The notes under the pieces were generated by a model. The model saw nothing but the letters and a program-made list of their open reading frames with translations. It ran no database searches and was not told the origin of the DNA. Shown in pieces: positions 58,690 through 64,000 of a stretch of DNA of 64,000 nt. The position numbers and the translations under genes are program-made. The stretch comes from Candidatus Hodarchaeota archaeon (GTDB taxonomy: Archaea; Asgardarchaeota; Heimdallarchaeia; Hodarchaeales; Hodarchaeaceae). Where the stretch lies: assembly GCA_016839815.1 (NCBI GenBank), contig JAEOTM010000133.1, forward strand, positions 1 to 64,000, written 5' to 3'. Within the stretch, counting starts at the first letter, position 1. Each line of letters opens with the position of its first letter.

Positions 58690-61302
58690 TCATTGATCAG
58701 ACATATGCGAAAATGAATTTAAACCTCTGAGTGTTAGCTCTAATACTTTGGTCCTTCCTTTTTGATTTTCTCTCAGATATCCGATTGAGGTTAGATGTTT
58801 AATACGTTTTCTTACGGTGGGTCTACTAACTCCCAATTCATTAGCGACTTGTGTATAACTTGGTTGAATCCCATTATTATTGCTAGCATAAATGAATCTC
58901 AATATTTCTAAGAGGTGCAAGGGAATTTCTGCTAGAACTCTTGTTTCTACCTCATTGGTCTCTTTTTCCAGTAATTTTATCTGTTCATCCGAAATTGTTT
59001 GACTATCGATTGATAGAATAATTACCAGATTCAAGAATATGGCTGTTTCCCTTAATTTGTAGATGAGCAAGAGAGTCTCTTTGAATCCATGTTTCGAGAT
59101 TAAATAATCTAATCTCTCAATCAGAATTACAGTTTTCGGTGGTAAACCTTCAATAGTGTGCTCTATTTTTTCGAATAGGGATGAAAATTTACTTTCTAAT
59201 ACTATTTCTGCAAGCCATAAATGCTTGAACTCTACATCTAATCTTTCCATACATTCGATTTCTGGAGTTCTTGACAAAATTGTACCTGAGTATCCAATCC
59301 GAATCATGTCACAGAATACTTCTCTCGAAAGGATCGGATCAACCTCTTTCACAAGATATAGTTGCTGATCTTCGATATTGAATTTAAGTAATTCCTGTCT
59401 CATTTTAGTTTCTATTTCTTTCTGTTTTGTTACATTTCGCCAAATACTCCCAATCATGAATCCAGACTGAGTTTTAATCGGAAATACATTTATTTGTACG
59501 TAATTATGTCCTCCATCTCGTTTCGTGATCTCTGTCTCAATTGGTCTTGAAAGCCATTCAGCTTTCCCTGTGTCAAGTACTCTAGTGAGTCTCTCAATAA
59601 TCAGGTTTGTAGATTCCGATTGAAGAACGTGAGTTGGCATTAAGGGTTTGTATATTTCCCAAAAAGGTTTACCAATGGCTATCTCCTTACTAATTCCTGT
59701 TAATTTCTCTATACCCCGATTCCATTGTACAACTTGTCCTTCTTCAGAAATAAGAATAATTCCATCACGAGAATTATCAATTAGATTTCTAATTTTAGTT
59801 TCACTTTCTCTTATGTTTTCTTCGATTTCTTTTAAGTATGTGATATCAACAAGAGAAGCATAAACCTTGGAAAGTGATTTCTCAAATCCAGGGACCACTG
59901 AAACTTTAATAATTACGTTTATCTTTTTTCCGTTAACGGAATAAATAATCCCCTCCCTTTCAAGGTTCATTTTGCCATTATATAGAGCGAGAAAATCATT
60001 CCTAAAATGTCTTAGTTGGTCCCCAAGAACAATGCTTGATTCTCCATATAAGTCTTCTATACTATCTGCTTCAAATAACTCTAGCGTAGATGAATTCGCT
60101 TTTACCGTTTTTGATAATTTTGCAATTGTATATGGATTTCTCTCTAGATATTCTTCCAAATCAACAATACCATTTTCTTTTAATTGATCCAAGAATTCCT
60201 TAGCCTTAGAGAAATCCAATTCGCGAATTGATACAGGAGAATCTTCAAATAATTGTCTGAAACTAATTTCACTTTCCCTAAGTGCGATTTCAGATTCCTT
60301 AAGAGCAGAAATATCAGTTACTGTTATAAAAACCTTAGAAAGACAGTCTTCAAATCCTGGAACAACAGCTGCTCTAATAAGTACATGAACACATTCACCT
60401 TTAAAGGTGTAAGCAGTTGTTTCTGTTTCAAATTGTGTTTCATTCTTAATGAGAGAAAAAATTAGGTCTGTAAAAGCAAATCGCTGTTCTTCACGAAGAT
60501 TCTTAAAGTTAGATCTTTGAAACTCTTCAATACTATTGGCGCTATAAAAGTTCAATGCAGCCTTATTTATACTATTAAATTTTGCATGATTGAGAATAGA
60601 ATTTAATTTCTCAGGCTCTCTTTTAAAATATTCATGAAAATTTTTAACCCCCGCTTTGCTTAGCTTGTCAAACCTCCTTTTTATTTCGGAGAAATCAACT
60701 TCCAATAAACTAATGGGTGAATCTTCGAATAGCCGCCGAAATTTCGCTTCACTCGTAATTAAACTATCTTCGATATTCTTTCGATCTGTTATATCGGTTA
60801 ATATACCATAACAATACTTGGTTCCGTCCTCCTCATAAGTAGTTAAACCTCGATCATGAAGCCAAATCCAAGAATTATCTTTTCTTTGAATTCGATATAC
60901 AACATCAAATATTTTATCGTCTGAAAATAGCTCTTTAAATGCCTTTTTCACATTATTTAGATCATCTTTATGAATCCTACCAAACCAGAGGTTTTGTTCA
61001 GCTTCATAAATTTCTTGGGGGGAGTATCCATACACTTTTTCAATATTAGGACTAATATATGTTGTCAATCCATCTTCATTCGTAATCCAACTCACAGCTG
61101 GAATATTCTCCACTATAGATTTGTATATTTCATCGCTTTTCAGTATCTTCTTTGATTTGAATTCTTCTCGGTCGATGAGATCTTCCATTACGTTCCTAGA
61201 GCTTAATTTGTCCTTTTTTTGTTCAGAGAGAGCTGTATGAATTATTTTCTTAACATCTTCAGATATATCTACTCTACTGAGAAGAGATTCAAGCTTTTTC
61301 AT
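58690..61302 (-). CDS. 4xPAS-DUF835-wHTH putative one-component transcription regulator
   Basis: Four PAS domains (two are tandem FEDSP..DFS paralogs); DUF835-like LYLVKE...VILIERLDYLISKHGFKETL; wHTH PSYTQVANELGVSRPTVRKRIKHL...LELTLRG. Confidence 0.85.
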   Translation of the reverse strand: MKKLESLLSRVDISEDVKKIIHTALSEQKKDKLSSRNVMEDLIDREEFKSKKILKSDEIYKSIVENIPAVSWITNEDGLTTYISPNIEKVYGYSPQEIYEAEQNLWFGRIHKDDLNNVKKAFKELFSDDKIFDVVYRIQRKDNSWIWLHDRGLTTYEEDGTKYCYGILTDITDRKNIEDSLITSEAKFRRLFEDSPISLLEVDFSEIKRRFDKLSKAGVKNFHEYFKREPEKLNSILNHAKFNSINKAALNFYSANSIEEFQRSNFKNLREEQRFAFTDLIFSLIKNETQFETETTAYTFKGECVHVLIRAAVVPGFEDCLSKVFITVTDISALKESEIALRESEISFRQLFEDSPVSIRELDFSKAKEFLDQLKENGIVDLEEYLERNPYTIAKLSKTVKANSSTLELFEADSIEDLYGESSIVLGDQLRHFRNDFLALYNGKMNLEREGIIYSVNGKKINVIIKVSVVPGFEKSLSKVYASLVDITYLKEIEENIRESETKIRNLIDNSRDGIILISEEGQVVQWNRGIEKLTGISKEIAIGKPFWEIYKPLMPTHVLQSESTNLIIERLTRVLDTGKAEWLSRPIETEITKRDGGHNYVQINVFPIKTQSGFMIGSIWRNVTKQKEIETKMRQELLKFNIEDQQLYLVKEVDPILSREVFCDMIRIGYSGTILSRTPEIECMERLDVEFKHLWLAEIVLESKFSSLFEKIEHTIEGLPPKTVILIERLDYLISKHGFKETLLLIYKLRETAIFLNLVIILSIDSQTISDEQIKLLEKETNEVETRVLAEIPLHLLEILRFIYASNNNGIQPSYTQVANELGVSRPTVRKRIKHLTSIGYLRENQKGRTKVLELTLRGLNSFSHMSDQ

Positions 61303-61425
61303 AGGGTATTCTAGTTACACATTTCTCAATAATAAAGCATTACAAATAAATTAGAAAGTATTTCAATTTCCCCCTCAAAAATGCTTGTAGAAATAATACT
61401 TTGACTGTTAAATTAAGGTTATAAC

Positions 61426-61995
61426 TTAATAAGCTTTTAACTTATTATTTTCAATTTTAAAAGAGTTTAAATCAATTAATTTCGTTTCTTTTTCCAATAG
61501 ACGTAGATTACGTGAATCTACTCCGTGAATTTTAAAGGAAATAATTACGATTAATGATTTTAAAATCACTAATTCTTTTAATTTATATATAAAGTGTAAA
61601 ATCTGTTTAAAACAAGTATGAGAAGTTAAATCATCCAATTCTTTTATAAATAGGATCTCCTTCCCTGTAGTTTTACTCACTGTATTTTTAATGGAATCAA
61701 ACAAAAATTCAGAGAGAGAACTTTCCATCACTTGTTCCATGTATTTTAAGGAAGTATGAATAGGTAAACCATCCTTTAAATCCTTTTCTGGACTTTTGGA
61801 TATGAGAATGACTTTATAACCTGCAGAAGATACGAAATTCAAATTTTCTTGAGAAAATAATGAAAAACCCTTCGTTAAGAGGTATATGCTTCCGGGTTGG
61901 AGTTCTAAACCTACTGGTAAATTCTCTAAAGTTTCATTTGGAATATTAGAATGATCTAATTTGTCTATTATTACGAGATAATAAGTATTGTTCAT
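61426..61995 (-). CDS. Stand-alone DUF835-like protein
   Basis: GSIYLL, VILISKSPE, ILFIKELDDL...FKQILHFIYKLKE..ILKSLIVIIS, LRLLEKETK, matching the DUF835 segments of the two regulators. Confidence 0.75.
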   Translation of the reverse strand: MNNTYYLVIIDKLDHSNIPNETLENLPVGLELQPGSIYLLTKGFSLFSQENLNFVSSAGYKVILISKSPEKDLKDGLPIHTSLKYMEQVMESSLSEFLFDSIKNTVSKTTGKEILFIKELDDLTSHTCFKQILHFIYKLKELVILKSLIVIISFKIHGVDSRNLRLLEKETKLIDLNSFKIENNKLKAY

Positions 61996-62083
61996 TTCAT
62001 CACGATTTGTTCTTTTTCTTTGAGTTTAGAGTCACCCTGAGTGTTGAACTCTATATTATCTCTAACTTTTTATTAAAATAAAG

Positions 62084-62104
62084 ATAAGGAAAATTTCATG
62101 TAAA
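62084..62104 (-). promoter_or_regulatory. TTTCC motif, site F (upstream of stand-alone DUF835), partial
   Basis: ATAAGGAAAA at 62084-62093 (core 62088), with a degenerate GTAAA 12 bp further out; AT-rich TATA-like tract on the gene side. Confidence 0.45.
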
Positions 62105-62145
62105 AATAAAATAAAAATTATTATTGTTCTAGCAAGAAAGGATAA

Positions 62146-63204
62146 TTATTCTGCGTGTACTAGATATGTCAATAGATACTCGACGAACGGACTACTTCTT
62201 TCTATAGTTTCAATATCATCTTGGATAATATACGAAATTGGCTTTTTATGGTTCAATCTTCCCCTAGGAGATCGAGGAATCCTATTGACAACAGCTATTA
62301 TCTTAGTATCCCCATTTATCTTGAGATTATGCAACTTTCGTATTTCTTTAGAAGTTAGGTTTGTGTGAATCACCAAAATATCATATGTTGTTGTTTCATT
62401 ATATTGTTCGATCAAATTAGTTAGTACTTGGAAATTATTACAGTAAAATGGATGTATATCATTACTTTGAAGTATTATGCTTAGCTTTTCAAACAAGATT
62501 TCGTTATTGCTGAAAATTAAGAGTTTCTTATCTTCTTGTTTTAAGATATTAGCTTTTAAATCTCTTATCAATCGATAAAGCACATCTTGGAGTTTTGCCT
62601 CTAATATATCATCCTGAATTACCGTAGAAATGACATCTTTTAAGCTAGCTATTTTTTTTATCGAATCTTTTAATGAGTCAAAGCCTAAATCGGAAAATAG
62701 TTGAATACCCCTCCAATATATGAATTCTATAGGAATATTTCCTACAATCGCTTCCATAAATAAATTCTGGAACTGTTCTCTTTTAATATCTTCTAAGAGT
62801 TCTTGATCGGTCAAGAAACTCTTTATTTCACTTGTAAATGTATCTGTTTCTAGACTCCAATCAAAAAGGAGATTTTCCATTGTGCTAAGGTATTTTTCAA
62901 CAAATTTTGTGCCTATGAATTGTAGCATAATTTTTACTGAGAAGGGTTGAACTTTTTCTGTACTCCCTGACACGATTGCTGCGACAATTATCTCCCCGAT
63001 CGATTCAAAATATAATTCATCCTCTCCCAATTTTAAATATTCGACTGACTTATGGTCAGTAGTAAGGGATTCAGCAAAATTTGCAAGTCCTGATACAAGC
63101 CCTGAAAACAATTGGTCTTCGATCTGATAATCTGAAAATTCAGCCTCAAAATGATAGTGACATAAGCCGATTTTTGAAATAATCCATAGATTTTTGATTA
63201 TCAT
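62146..63204 (-). CDS. Longin-like N-terminal domain fused to a degenerate receiver-like C-terminal domain
   Basis: N-term IKNLWIISKIGLCHY...DQLFSGLVSGLANFAESL...FVEKY is the pattern of Asgard longin-type proteins. C-term KKLLIFSNN...YDILVIHTNL...TKIIAVV...SYII follows the REC beta/alpha pattern without the acidic pocket. Confidence 0.65.
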   Translation of the reverse strand: MIIKNLWIISKIGLCHYHFEAEFSDYQIEDQLFSGLVSGLANFAESLTTDHKSVEYLKLGEDELYFESIGEIIVAAIVSGSTEKVQPFSVKIMLQFIGTKFVEKYLSTMENLLFDWSLETDTFTSEIKSFLTDQELLEDIKREQFQNLFMEAIVGNIPIEFIYWRGIQLFSDLGFDSLKDSIKKIASLKDVISTVIQDDILEAKLQDVLYRLIRDLKANILKQEDKKLLIFSNNEILFEKLSIILQSNDIHPFYCNNFQVLTNLIEQYNETTTYDILVIHTNLTSKEIRKLHNLKINGDTKIIAVVNRIPRSPRGRLNHKKPISYIIQDDIETIERSSPFVEYLLTYLVHAE

Positions 63205-63237
63205 TTTTGACTTCCTTCATTACAATGAGGCAAATAC

Positions 63238-64000
63238 TTAGTTTTTTCGTCTATAAATTCGATTTTTCGTATCAATTATCTCAAATTTATCTTTAATAAA
63301 CTGTGGGAGAACTTCACATCTACCTAATACTAAATAACCACGAGATTTAAGAGAGGAATAGAATTGCTCAAAAAAAACTTTACTCTGCGATCTTGAGAAG
63401 TAGATCAACACGTTCCGACACATAATTAGGTCAAAATCCTTACCTGGGGGTGTAGTTCTAAGATCATGCTGTTGAAAACTTACCAAATTCCTAATTTGTC
63501 TAGAAAGTTGAAACTGTTCTGAATCTAGAGGTGTGAAGTATTTAAGTCGTCTAGGATGATCTGTTTCCTCTAATGATTGTTTTGCATAAATTCCCTTTCT
63601 TGCTTGTTCTAACAGCGCCTGGTTAATATCAGTAGCTAGGAGATATATTTTATTAGGAGGATATTTCTCTTGCAAATCTTTTAAGATCATGGCCAAGCTA
63701 TAGGGTTCAGGACCTATTGCACATCCAGCACTCCAAATTCTAATATTTTTAGAGGTATCCTTCATAATAGTAGGAAAAATTTTCTTTTCTAATGCTATAA
63801 ATAATTCCTTATCTCGAAAAAAACGAGTTACATTGATAGAAAAAGTCTCCATAAGAAGATTGAATTCTCTAGGGTTCCTTTTCAATACATTATGATATTC
63901 TCTATATGTTTCTGTTTCGATTCTTTTCATCCGTGCATGCAAACGTCGAAGAAAATGATTAATTTTGTAAGCTTGATAATTTATACCCCTATTCAAGAGG
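63238..64000 (-). CDS. cheR: Chemotaxis protein-glutamate O-methyltransferase, 5' end beyond window edge
   Basis: YK...LRRL..RM, INVTRFFRD, IRIWSAGCAIGPEPYSLAM, ATDIN, FDLIMCRNVLIYF, GYLVLGRCE. Confidence 0.95.
   Translation of the reverse strand, partial: LLNRGINYQAYKINHFLRRLHARMKRIETETYREYHNVLKRNPREFNLLMETFSINVTRFFRDKELFIALEKKIFPTIMKDTSKNIRIWSAGCAIGPEPYSLAMILKDLQEKYPPNKIYLLATDINQALLEQARKGIYAKQSLEETDHPRRLKYFTPLDSEQFQLSRQIRNLVSFQQHDLRTTPPGKDFDLIMCRNVLIYFSRSQSKVFFEQFYSSLKSRGYLVLGRCEVLPQFIKDKFEIIDTKNRIYRRKN

Noticed and set aside
2130-61155. Many 60-130 aa ORFs overlapping long genes (e.g. 2441, 12491, 16234, 20650, 34980, 52531, 59156)
   Set aside because: They lie antisense or off-frame within well-supported CDSs and show no recognisable motifs.
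61303-61425. Island motif upstream of the 870-aa regulator
   Set aside because: No correctly oriented spaced TTTCC cores found; the gene may be co-transcribed from site F.
52115-61995. Active KaiC circadian ATPase
   Set aside because: The DUF835-like segments lack a Walker A motif, and there is no kaiB or kaiC in the window.

Overview
AT-rich, gene-dense archaeal DNA. PGF-CTERM-type sorting tails, a longin-like domain, DUF835/MEDS domains, a membrane-anchored ArsR regulator and AGGTGA/GGAG ribosome-binding sites suggest an Asgard archaeon of the Heimdallarchaeia type (inference; no marker gene is present). The first ~46 kb is mostly metabolic and cell-surface genes: acnA (running off the left edge and missed by the ORF track), a lone citF, a DEAD-box helicase, a dpp/opp peptide ABC operon, a fatty-acid module, a beta-decarboxylating dehydrogenase, a tungsten-type AOR, an M42 peptidase, a LeuC/LeuD-family dehydratase and several surface proteins. 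The last ~17.5 kb (46.6-64 kb) is an unusual sensory/chemosensory island and the best candidate for an undescribed system. It holds MCPs with a short (~30-heptad) signalling hairpin, CheR, a MEDS-6xPAS histidine kinase with a His-less paralog, two PAS-DUF835-wHTH regulators with near-identical recognition helices, a stand-alone DUF835, and a longin-like/pseudo-receiver fusion next to cheR. Six promoter regions in the island share a regularly spaced TTTCC repeat just upstream of a TATA-like tract. Other oddities: a DppF ATPase with an inserted transmembrane hairpin, an acyl-CoA dehydrogenase-SCP2 fusion, a doubly anchored vWA protein, a MinD-like protein lacking its P-loop lysines, and a pseudogene with two in-frame stops. 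No rRNA, tRNA, CRISPR array or transposase was recognised. All domain calls come from reading motifs by eye; no searches were run.
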